From the NCBI GenBank assembly GCA_002269645.1, contig NIVC01000093.1, positions 310,001 to 374,000 of the forward strand: DNA of 64,000 nucleotides, given 5' to 3'. The position numbers and the translations under genes are program-made. This DNA comes from Macrostomum lignano (Eukaryota). Numbering within the stretch: the stretch's first letter is position 1; each line of letters begins with the position of its first letter. Below the pieces are notes generated by a model that was not told where the DNA came from, did not search any database, and saw nothing but the letters and a program-made list of their open reading frames with translations. Below are positions 38,740 through 52,094 of the stretch, in pieces.

Positions 38740-40265
38740 TCATTTGCTTCCTTCTCTTACTTCTTCCCTCGACTCTCTTCTCTTTCCTCTTCTATCCCCT
38801 CTTCACTCTCCTCTCTTCTCTATCCTCTTCTCTCCTCTCTCTCTCCTCTCTTTCCTCTCCTCTGTCCCCTTTCTTCTCTGCACTCTCCTCTTTCCACTCT
38901 CCTTTCCTATCTATATTCTCTCTCTCCTCTCCCCTCCCCTCTCTCCCCTCTCTCCTCTCTCCACTCTCCTCTCTTTTTTTCTCTCCTCTCCCCTCTCCAC
39001 TCACCCCTTTTCTCTCATCTTCTATCTCCTCTCTCATAACTCATCTATTCACTCTGCTTTCCACTCTCATCTTACCCACCACTGGCGTAGAGAAAGGAAA
39101 TGTGTTCGAAGTCATAGCTTCGCTACTTTAAGTAGTAACTGTCGATTAGGTCTACGAGCTATTTATTTCTATTTATTTGTATCTATACTTTCCTTTAAAG
39201 TTTTTTCTATGAAATCTAAATGCTATTTAACCAGATCTATACGATTAACAAACTTGAGTTATCTTCCTCGTATACTTTGTTTCAAATTGCACTGCTGCTT
39301 TTAAACGTCATCAATTTAAAAAAACAAATTTTTAAGTTGAATTCTTCACCGGAGCCTATCTTTGCTATTGAAAGTAGTAACTTATCCATCTAAACGGCCT
39401 GACTACACGTCAGATATAAATATATACAAATAAAACTTTCCTATTGTATTTTGTTTCCATTATTATTCGGTATTTTTTAGTAAACTTGTCTTTCACTAAA
39501 TTATAAATGCTTTTAAAACATACTTTAATGCACCAGAAGATGTCTATCTAAACCAGGGGTCGGCGAACTGCGGCCCGCGGACCACATGCTGCCTCCTGTG
39601 ATACTTTACAATAGCAATCCGACCCCGCTCAATGTTCATGTCTCTCTTCAGCTCTCTCTTCTCTCCTCCTCTCCTCTCTTCCCTCTCCTCTCCCCTCTCT
39701 CCTCTCCTTTCTCCCTTCTCTCCCGCTCCCCTCTCTCCTCTCCCCTCTCCTTTCTCCCTTCTCTCCCGCTCCCCTCTCATCTACCCTCCCCTCTCTCCTC
39801 TCTCTCCCCCTCACCTCTCTTCTCCCCCTCTCTCTTCTCCCCTCTCCTTTCTCCCTTCTCTCCCGCTCCCCTCTCTCCTCTCCCCTCTCCTTTCTCCCTT
39901 CTCTCCCGCTCCCCTCTCATCTCCCCTCCCCTCTCTCCTCTCTCTCTCCCCCCTCACCTCTCTTCTCCCCCTCTCTCTTCTCCCCTCTCCTTTCTCCCTT
40001 CTCTCCCGCTCCCCTCTCTCCTCTCCCCTCTCCTTTCTCCCTTCTCTCCCGCTCCCCTCTCATCTCCCCCTCCCCTCTCTCCTCTCTCTCCCCCTCACCT
40101 CTCTTCTCCCCCTTTCTCCCCTCCCCTCTCTTTTTTCGCCTCTCCTTTCTTCCCTCTTCTCTCCCTTCTCATCTCTCTCCCTCTCCCCTTTCCTCTTCCA
40201 CTCCGCTCTCTCCCTTCTCCTTTTTTTCTCTCGTCTCTCCCCTTCTCTCCTCTTATCTTCTCATC
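38740..40265. repeat. Two long CT-rich polypyrimidine tracts (38740-39075, 39640-40265)
   Basis: Almost exclusively C/T on the + strand with internal ~20-60-bp duplications. Confidence 0.95.
39554..39600 (+). mobile_element. hAT (Charlie-type) terminal sequence, one end only
   Basis: caggggtcggcgaactgcggcccgcggaccaca resembles the typical hAT 5' terminus cagggg(t)cggcaaac..cggcccgcgg; matching right end not found. Confidence 0.5.
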
Positions 40266-40398
40266 TTATTATAAACTGTAAAACGTAATTTTGACCACAA
40301 AAACAGGGTTACCCTTTTAGTCAACAAAAATTTCCTTTCACAAGTTGTCTTTCTACTTTAGATGTCCTTGACTCACACACAGCCCACACACAGCACAC

Positions 40399-40434
<36 letters not shown>

Positions 40435-41044
40435 GCATATTATAAATCTGCTTCAATCAGAATTGAGTTCCAAATAGCTTAAAACTCACTGACACCAGCG
40501 CACACTGTACTCACCAAACAAAGTCAACCCTGCTCAGATTCAGCTCAATCTCTGCATATAATTGGCCCTGATTTCTTTTCGGTTCCCAAATTACCAGAAT
40601 AAATCCCCCGGGCAATTGCTGAGCAAAGTTTGCTGTCTGAGAGCAATATAATTTGGATAAGGGTTGACTCATGCCTAGAAAGATAAATCAAAACTTCAAG
40701 CTGGAGGGCTGACTCACATTCGGATTAAGCTTTGAAACTCTTTGCATCGGCTGAGCAAGCTGTTTAAGTCATCCACTTGAGTTGGCTGGGTTGCTCAGCT
40801 CTGTATAGTATCCATAGAGAATCTTATCTGTACGAATTGATCTGAATTGTAATAAATAAATTTGCTAGTTGAACTGCCTATACAGCTCCGATTTTTTTGC
40901 CTTTCTGACCTCTCTTAACGACTAGCGACAAGGTATGTACGAAGTACCTAAGCTAACGGTAATAGTGAGAAATTCGAATGATATAGATTTGAAAACAGAC
41001 GAAGAGATGGGATGGGGATGGGGAAGTGGATATGCAGAGATGGG

Positions 41045-41985
41045 GACAGTGAGAGGGAGACGGGGAGAGAGAGAAAGAGTGAGACAGAGTGAGGGAGACA
41101 GAGTGAGGGAGACAGAGTGAGGGAGACAGAGTGAGGGAGACAGAGTGAGGGAGACAGAGTGAGGGAGACAGAGTGAGGGAGACAGAGTGAGAGAGACAGA
41201 GTGAGGGAGACAGAGTGAGAGAGACAGAGTGAGGGAGACAGAGTGAGAGAGACAGAGTGAGGGAGACAGAGTGAGGGAGACAGAGTAAAAGAGACAGACA
41301 GAGGGAGACAGAGTGAGGGAGACAGAATGAGAGAGACAGACAGAGACAGACGGAGACAGACGGAGACAGACGGAGAGAGACAGAGACAGACAGAGACAGA
41401 CAGAGGAAAACAGAGTGAGGGAGACAGACAGAGACAGCCAGAGACAGACAGAGACAGCCAGAGACAGACAGAGACAGACAGAGACAGACAGAGACAGACA
41501 GAGACAGACAGAGACAGACAGAGACAGACAGAGACAGACAGACAGAGACAGACAGAGACAGACAGAGACAGACAGAGACAGACAGAGACAGACAGACAGA
41601 GACAGACAGAGACAGACAGAGACAGACAGAGACAGACAGACAGACAGAGACAGACAGAGACAGACAGAGACAGACAGAGACAGACAGAGACAGACAGACA
41701 GACAGAGACAGACAGACAGAGACAGACAGAGACAGACAGAGGCAGACAGAGACAGACAGAGGCAGACAGAGACAGACAGAGACAGACAGAGACAGACAGA
41801 GACAGACAGAGACAGACAGAGACAGACAGAGACAGACAGAGACAGACAGAGACAGACAGACAGACAGACAGAGACAGACAGACAGCGACAGACAGATGCA
41901 GACAGAGACAGACAGACAGACAGAGACAGACAGACAGCGACAGACAGATGCAGACAGAGACAGACAGAGGCAGACAGACAGCAGC
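41045..41985. repeat. Compound GA/GACA satellite (gagacagagtgagg)n then (gacagagaca)n
   Basis: 14-bp then 10/4-bp units directly visible. Confidence 0.95.
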
Positions 41986-42239
41986 CGAGATGACGCGAGA
42001 TGGCAAAGGGAGCACGAACTGTGGTTGGCGCAGGCTGTGGCAGTAAATTGGGGCTTCACTTTCGTCTTTCGTCCAATCAAGTCTGAGAGTTGTCTGACTC
42101 AGCTGTGCTAATTTCAGCAGTATTTATGTTGCTAGATTGATATCCAACAAACAACGCTCCAATTTTGCAGCCCTCCTTTTGACATTTGAAATTTGACATT
42201 TTCGATAGTCAAATACTTAATCCAAAAACTAGGCCAAAA

Positions 42240-44944
42240 ATGCTGAGCCAACAACCCGCTAGCCTATCGGCCATAGAAACCATTCCTTCGGACAGTTTCA
42301 CGGTTGCTATTGGAGCAACTGTCCGGCTGCTCTGCTTAGTAAACATTTCCTTTGTTCTGCCGGACACTGTTCGTTGGAGACTCGGTGGTATTGACAGGTG
42401 ACGATTTGTTTATTTTGATCGGTTGCATTCTGTGATTTATGCTAGTTTTCATTTGCGCCTTATATAAGGATGACCAAGTTTCAAGGCACAGTGTGTGTAT
42501 ACTGGTTGATTCTAATGTTAAAGGGGGAGTGCTGAGACGCCAGCAATTAAAAGGAGCTGGGACTTCAAGGAGTGCTGAGACTTCAAGGAGTGCTGAGAGT
42601 CCAAAAAGTGCTGAGACGTCAAGGAGTGCTGAGACTTCAAGAAGCGCTGAGACTCCAAGGAGTGCTGAGACTTCAAGGAGCGCTGAGACTCCAAAAAGTG
42701 CTGAGACGTCAAAGAGTGCTGAGACTTCAAGAAGCGCTGAGACTCCAAGGAGTGCTGAGACTTCAAGGAGTGCTGAGACTTCAAGGAGTGCTGAGATTTC
42801 ACTCCTAAGACTGAGACTTCAAGGAGTGCTGAGACTTCACTCTTAAGACTGAGACTTCAAGGAGTGCTGAGATTCCAAGGAGGGCTGAGACTTCAAGGAG
42901 TGCTGAGACTTCAAGGAGTGCTGAGACTTCAAGGAGTGCTGAGACTTCAAGGAGTGCTGAGACTCCAAAAAGTGCTGAGACGTCAAAGAGTGCTGAGACT
43001 TCAAGAAGCGCTGAGACTTCACTCCTAAGACTGAGACTTCAAGGAGTGCTGAGACTTCAAGGAGTGCTGAGACTTCAAGGAGTGCTGAGATTTCACTCCT
43101 AAGACTGAGACTTCAAGGAGTGCTGAGACTTCACTCTTAAGACTGAGACTTCAAGGAGTGCTGAGATTCCAAGGAGGGCTGAGACTTCAAGGAGTGCTGA
43201 GACTTCAAGGAGTGCTGAGACTTCAAGGAGTGCTGAGACTTCAAGGAGTGCTGAGACTTCAAGGAGTGCTGAGACTTCAAGGAGTGCTGAGACTTCACTC
43301 CTAAGACTGAGACTTCAAGGAGTGCTGAGACTTCAAGGAGTGCTGAGACTTCAAGGAGTGCTGAGACTTCAAGGAGTGCTGAGACTTCAAGGAGTGCTGA
43401 GACTTCAAGGAGTGCTGAGACTTCACTCCTAAGACTGAGACTTCAAGGAGTGCTGAGACTTCAAGGAGGGCTGAGACTTCAAGGAGGGCTGAGACTTCAA
43501 GGAGTGCTGAGACTTCAAGGAGTGCTGAGACTTCACTCCTAAGACTGAGACTTCAAGGAGTGCTGAGACTTCAAGGAGTGCTGAGACTTCAAGGAGGGCT
43601 GAGACTTCAAGGAGTGCTGAAACTTCAAGGAGTGCTGAGACTTCACTCCTAAGACCCTAACCCTAACCCTAACCCTAACCCTAATCTGAGACGTCAAGGA
43701 GTGCTGAGACTTCAAGGAGTGCTGAGACTTCAAGGAGTGCTGAGACTCCAAGGAGTGCTGAGACTTCAAGGAGTGCTGAGATTTCACTCCTAAGACTGAG
43801 ACTTCAAGGAGTGCTGAGACTCCAAGGAGGGCTGAGACTTCAAGGAGTGCTGAGACTTCAAAGAGTGCTGAGACTCCAAGGAGTGCTGAGACTTCAAAGA
43901 GTGCTGAGACTCCAAGGAGTGCTGAGACTTCAAGGAGTGCTGAGACTTCAAGGAGTGCTGAGACTTCACTCCTAAGACTGAGACTTCAAGGAGTGCTGAG
44001 ACTTCAAGGAGTGCTGAGACTCCAAGGAGTGCTGAGACTTCAAGGAGTGCTGAGACTCCAAGGAGGGCTGAGACTTCAAGGAGTGCTGAGACTTCACTCC
44101 TAAGACTGAGACTTCAAGGAGTGCTGAGACTCCAAGGAGGGCTGAGACTTCAAGGAGTGCTGAGACTTCAAGGAGTGCTGAGACTTCACTTTTAAGACTG
44201 AGACTTCAAGGAGAATACAGTACGCTCAAGATGTGATGATTGTTAGTCGTTGCCTACGAGTTCCTCACAAAAGTAAATAAAGTCGCGTATCAATGGCTCA
44301 AGCTGAATATACAGATAGCAAAGTTCGATTTTTAGATTAAAAACTCTGACGTGCTAATCTCAAAATCTTCATTCTTAATCCCTTCATTCTCAATTTAAAG
44401 TTCTATCACTCCTCACTGACACCAATTCATAGCCAGTCGAGTCTAAACGCCGCAACCTACATATCGGTGGACCGGCCTGCATATCACGTGACCCGATTAA
44501 CTATCGATCGAATGCCGCCCAGCCTAATCGGTTTGTACACCTGCTCAGGTGCGGCCAGATTAGTCACCTCGTCGGCGGCTAATAAGAAGTTTTCAGCCAG
44601 CGTTCGACTTCAACTAGAAGCGGATGCTCGCACCGGGTCAACGGACTTAACTCAGCCATGGTGGCGTCTTGGCGATGTCGGACGAACTTCAATACGAGCT
44701 AGTTCTAGCCGCTTCCGTAGCCGTTCTAGCAATGGCCGGAGTTGTAGTCCTTGCTTTGGCGGCCTCCCGGCTGTTGGCAAGTCGGCAACGACCGCAGGCT
44801 GTGGTGCGCCGGCGACGGGCCAAATGCTTGCCCCCGTCGTACGAAAGCTCCACTGCTCTACCAGACTGGGGACAACCTCCGCCACGATTCTCCGAGCTGT
44901 ATCCGGCTGCCGGTGGGACCCTGGACACCGGAGAGGATGCGTAG
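42240..44944 (+). CDS. Single Ig-domain, single-pass membrane protein with cytoplasmic PPxY; frame break before the TM; 5' end uncertain
   Basis: Exon 42240-42397 (TVAIGATVRLLC...VRW) splices in phase 2 to 44433 (…TRLTIDRMPPSLIGLYTC…), completing an Ig fold. The +1 frame from 44651 gives TM LVLAASVAVLAMAGVVVLALAA, basic stop-transfer RRRR and PPSY, stop at 44944. Confidence 0.7.
42525..44213. repeat. 18-bp minisatellite (gagtgctgagacttcaag)n filling the Ig-gene intron
   Basis: About 85 units plus recurring cactcctaagactgagac variants. Confidence 0.97.
43655..43684 (-). repeat. Interstitial telomeric repeat (TTAGGG)5
   Basis: Five perfect ccctaa units on the + strand inside one minisatellite unit. 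Confidence 0.9.
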
Positions 44945-45062
44945 CTGACTACACTAACCCGTTGGTGTTGATCTTGGTCATTTCGAATGTTACACGCAGC
45001 TGCATGTGAATTTTACAAATGAGTTGAGAATACCTAACAACATGCATGTCGTACTTTGGACG

Positions 45063-45765
45063 AAGTGGACCTCACTCCCTGCACCCATTTGCACCCACCT
45101 CACTCCCTGAACCCACTTCACTCCCTGCACCCACCTCACTCCCTGCACCCACCTCACTCCCTGCACCCATTTGCACTAACCTCACTCCCTGCACCCACCT
45201 CACTCCCTGAACCCACCTCACTCCCTGCACCCATTTGCACCCACCTCACTCCCTGAACCCACCTCACTCCCTGAACCCACCTCACTCCCTGCACCCACCT
45301 CACTCCCTGAACCCACCTCACTCCCTGAACCCACCTCACTCCCTGCACCCACCTCACTCCCTGAACCCACCTCACTCCCTGCACCCACCCAACTCCCTGC
45401 ACCCATTTGCACCCACCTCACTCCCTGCATCCACCTCACTCCCTGCATCCACCTCACTCCCTGCACCCACCCCATTCCCTGCACCCATTTGCACTCACCT
45501 CACTCCCTGCACCCATTTGCACCCACCTCACTCCCTGCACCCACCTCACTCCCTGCACCCACCTCACTCCCTGAACCCACCTCACTCCCTGAACCCACCT
45601 CACTTCCTGCACCCATTTGCACCCACCTCACTCCCTGCACCTACCTCACTCCCTGCACCCACCTCACTCCCTGCACTCACCTCACTCCCTGCACCCACCT
45701 CACTCCCTGCACTCACCTCACTCCCTGCACCCACCTCACTCCCTGCACCCACCTCACTCCTTGTA
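45063..45765. repeat. 18-bp minisatellite (cacccacctcactccctg)n
   Basis: Reverse complement of the array at 46690-47545. Confidence 0.95.
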
Positions 45766-46467
45766 CCCAAACTACCCCTTATCCTTCCTCACTGGAGCGT
45801 CAACTCTCTCAATTTTAACTTTTCAACAAGCAATCAATCGTATGCCTAGCTTACATATTAACCTGAACCTTTAATTTTAACATGCTAATGTAGGCAAAGA
45901 TCCCTATTGCGTCTTCTGTTGGATGCATAGAAAAATATTGATAATAAAAAATCCTTAGAAGATTTACCTCATCTAGCTTTTTCAATGCACAGTACAGTAA
46001 AAATTCAGTTTAAACCGTTTATTTCATTACTTCTGTATACTCTCATATGCAGTATTGTATAATATATTGACATTGTTATTAATTAAAATCTGTAATTTCG
46101 AATAAATAAAAATTATTTATGATAATTTATATTTATCTCGAATGCCAGCGCAACTACTAGTATTCCATTTTATCATTAATCAACAACAAGCGTACGGGTG
46201 AACAGACTTTATAAGAAAACAGACAAAAAAAAGTTAAGATCTTCTGCTTTACCAGTCCATGACGATGAAACTAAGTGGTACAACAAAGGGGTCCCACCGT
46301 TAAAGACAGTTATACATGTAGTATATGTGGATTATATTGCAATACATACATGTAGCAATAATAATTTATTGTCTCGTTCAATAATGTTTATCGAAATTGT
46401 AATTCTAGTACTGAATAAAATCAGACGATTTTCCAACGACTCATCTTTGATCCTTATACAGTAGGTA

Positions 46468-49114
<2,647 letters not shown>

Positions 49115-49649
49115 AGATGCCTGTTTTCGAATGAAGTGTCCGGCTGATAAGAGGAGAATTTCAAATAGAAGAAGTGTCTAGATATTTGTATATATATATA
49201 TATAAATATATAAAAACTATTATGAATGTATCAGCTTTTCTAGCAAATGTTGCTGTAATACCTTATAAGCTTACCTTCACCGAACTTTCCACACTGATCC
49301 AATCGCTTGCAGACTCTTCTCTGCCCTCGCCTCTCTCCCTGTCTTTCCCTCTCCTCTCTCATTTCCCCTCTTTCCTGCCACCGCCCAATGGCACCTCTCT
49401 TGACCAGAACGCTATAAGTTCAGGGGTAGCTATAGCCAACAGAAATTAGTTAGAAATGTACTGAAGGGGAAAATTGTATTGGCACAGTCATACAGCCATC
49501 AATTACTTGCCCAACTGAACCTTAAATCCCGGTCTCTCAGACTTTTTTAAGCGGATTTTCGGTTTGCACCTTGTATCCAAGTGGCTTTTGAAACTGATAA
49601 AAGTTGCTATCCAAATCCAGGGGGTTGTTGTTTGATTCGCACCCACGAG

Positions 49650-49720
49650 GGCCAACCCCCATGGCGCAGGGAGTAGAAAGTCAAAGGGTCGCTGTACATC
49701 CTGTGTGAGCCTATGTATGA
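49650..49720 (+). mobile_element. Diverged SINE family B fragment
   Basis: gccaacccccatggcgcag and agggtcgctgtacatcctgtgtgag match the family-B body (gccaaccccccaaggcgcag; agggccgctgtgcactcctgtgtgag); a similar piece lies at ~60855-60905. Confidence 0.5.
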
Positions 49721-50520
49721 GTGCTTACCCACTCGCAAATATTTACGAGTATTTGCAAACAAAATCACTTTTCAGGCAGCTATTTTGATCCTTTTAGTAT
49801 TTCCTAGAAAATCTTTAGGGACGCCCCTTGTATCTTAAATTCAGCAAACCTATATTTGGCAATTCAATGCAACAGAAATTTCTGCAATTTCTGCATGATT
49901 TAAGCAAAACTGGTGTATAGCTAGCAATCTATAAAAAATCAATATTACGCTCGTAATGATAGATACCCCGTTAGTAACATACGAGTGTTATAACAAAATA
50001 TTCATATAAGCCTTCAGTCAAGCTAAGTTGGCACGCAAAGCAGAGGGACAAATCAACTAATGCTTGCCGTATTGGCAAACTGCGCTCGAGATTAAATCAA
50101 TCAATAGAGAAGACTGCCATTCCAGCGTACTTTGTAGTTTCCGACAGTCAACGGTTGGTCGCTTTGACTATAAAGCAGTGACCTTGACGTGATTAAACTC
50201 AATTGTTTCACCGCCATTTCGTGCCTGCTGCTCAAATATTCTCTGTTGCTGGGGCGTGTGTGTGTGTGTGTGTGTGTTCCGCCAGTGTAGTGGATTAGGC
50301 TTAGGCATGCACAAGTAACCTACGCTCGTAATATTGCTATCATTCTACCAATCAATTTACCAGACTATCAGTACATGACTCCTAGGCACATCCAAGCGCA
50401 TGCTACCCAAATTACACTCGCAATGGGAATAGCAAATGCCAATAATGTATGCTTGATTTAAACTTCACAATAGCTTTAGACATAATGTTGGGAAAAAAGA
50501 CAAAACCATACGATTGTACG

Positions 50521-50690
50521 AAGAATGTAATGTAACGAATGTAATGTAATGTAATGTAATGTAACGAATGTAATGTAATGTAATGTAATGTAACGAATGT
50601 AATGTAATGTAATGTAATGTAACGAATGTAATGTAATGTAATGTAATGTAACGAATGTAATGTAATGTAATGTAATGTAACGAATGTAAT
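50521..50690. repeat. (AATGT)n microsatellite with periodic aacg interruptions
   Basis: Directly visible. Confidence 0.95.
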
Positions 50691-51339
50691 TATTGTTGAG
50701 ATTTCTGTGTACTGAACACGGGCCCTTAAAAGAGTTAAAAGAGTGTAAAGGTTTTTTCCAGCCGTTTGACTCAAGTCAGCCAACCGCAACAAGAGAAAAG
50801 TGAGGTTGCCACACAAATGAATGGAAACATGATAGTTGGAACGAATAGAAGAAGATCTTGAAAGGCAAGGAAGATCTAGATTCTATCGATCTAAACTGCT
50901 TCTATTTTGCGTCTCCTGAGCTGTATTTCATTTTTTGCTAAGCTTTTTTGCTCTTTTTCTGTTCAAAGCTAACTAGAAACAGTGCTTCATCTCCTTAGCT
51001 GCATTACTCATTCATGCTCTTACAAGAGTTGAAGGCACAAATTTTCAACGTGCTTTGCAAAAGCGAAGTGAAAAAAAAACTAAGTCACATAGTTTTCAAC
51101 GAGTCTAAACCAACAACGAGACGGCACGATAGAACATAATTATAGTTGATTAATTCTGTAATTGGGGAGGTTGAATAACCGGAAAAAGCTTATGCACTAC
51201 TGTTAGTAGTCTTTGCTTGGAAAAAAAAACATTAGTGCTTCGGCTAGATAAGAAGTTCGTGCGATTGTATTCACAGGTATTGAAGTTTGGGACAAAACCA
51301 GCAAAATAGTTACTATCTCAAACTTGGACAGGACAGGAC

Positions 51340-51720
51340 CCTACCATGACCCGTTGCATTTCTTGGGGTCACTCTTGACAAGGATCTTAACTTTAGACAA
51401 CAAGTATCGAGAACAGCAGGAATCACCATCGCCAAGCTTGATTTCCCAACTGTCGCTCCGGCGAACATCGATAGTCCTATGACCTACGGGGCGCCTGTAC
51501 TCATCAACGCTCCGGATGCTCTCTTGCAGAAGCTCCAGCTTCTTCAAAATCAGGCTCTCAGAATCGTTCTTGGTGCACCTAGATACAAGAAAATGTGCTA
51601 TTTACATGATGTCACCAAGATTCCCAGGTTCAAGGAGAAAATCTGGAACCTGGGGCTTAAGGTGGTACAAGGAAGTAGTACTCATAGGGTTCACAACTTT
51701 GACCTGGACCTAAAAGACTG
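51340..51720 (+). pseudogene. Non-LTR retrotransposon (LINE) RT C-terminal fragment
   Basis: FLGVTLDKDLNF, MTYGAPV, KLQLLQNQALRIVLGAPRY...LHDVTKIP: RT thumb motifs of Jockey/I-like LINEs, frameshifted. Confidence 0.8.
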
Positions 51721-52094
51721 GAGCAGACCGGGGTTCAGAGAGCCACTTAAAATCGGACCTTAAAATTTTGGACCTAAAATCGGAATATTACAAAATGTTT
51801 TATTTTACTCCAAAATCTAACTCAAAAAACTTTATTAGCGTATGAAGAAATAACGAAGAAAAACCAGCAAAATGGTTACTATTACGTAGTTCCGAGTAAA
51901 ACAAACTGAGTATTTATTAAGTATGACATGCCTAAAGTTTAGCAATTGTCGTAAAGTTCAGGTCACTATTAGCAACACAGACTGTTAAGAACCTCAACTA
52001 TTACATCGATTCCATCGAAAGATCGTCCGTCTCTTTAAACTTATCACACGCAGCTCTCGTTTCTCTGATGCATCGCCTTAGCAAGTGCGGTTAT

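Noticed and set aside
41987-42110. GC-rich segment after the GACA array as a coding exon (either strand)
   Set aside because: Several frames are open, but none could be linked convincingly to the Ig gene or given a signal peptide; left unresolved.
43655-43684. Chromosome end / fusion site
   Set aside because: Only 5 units, in one orientation, with the same minisatellite continuing on both sides.
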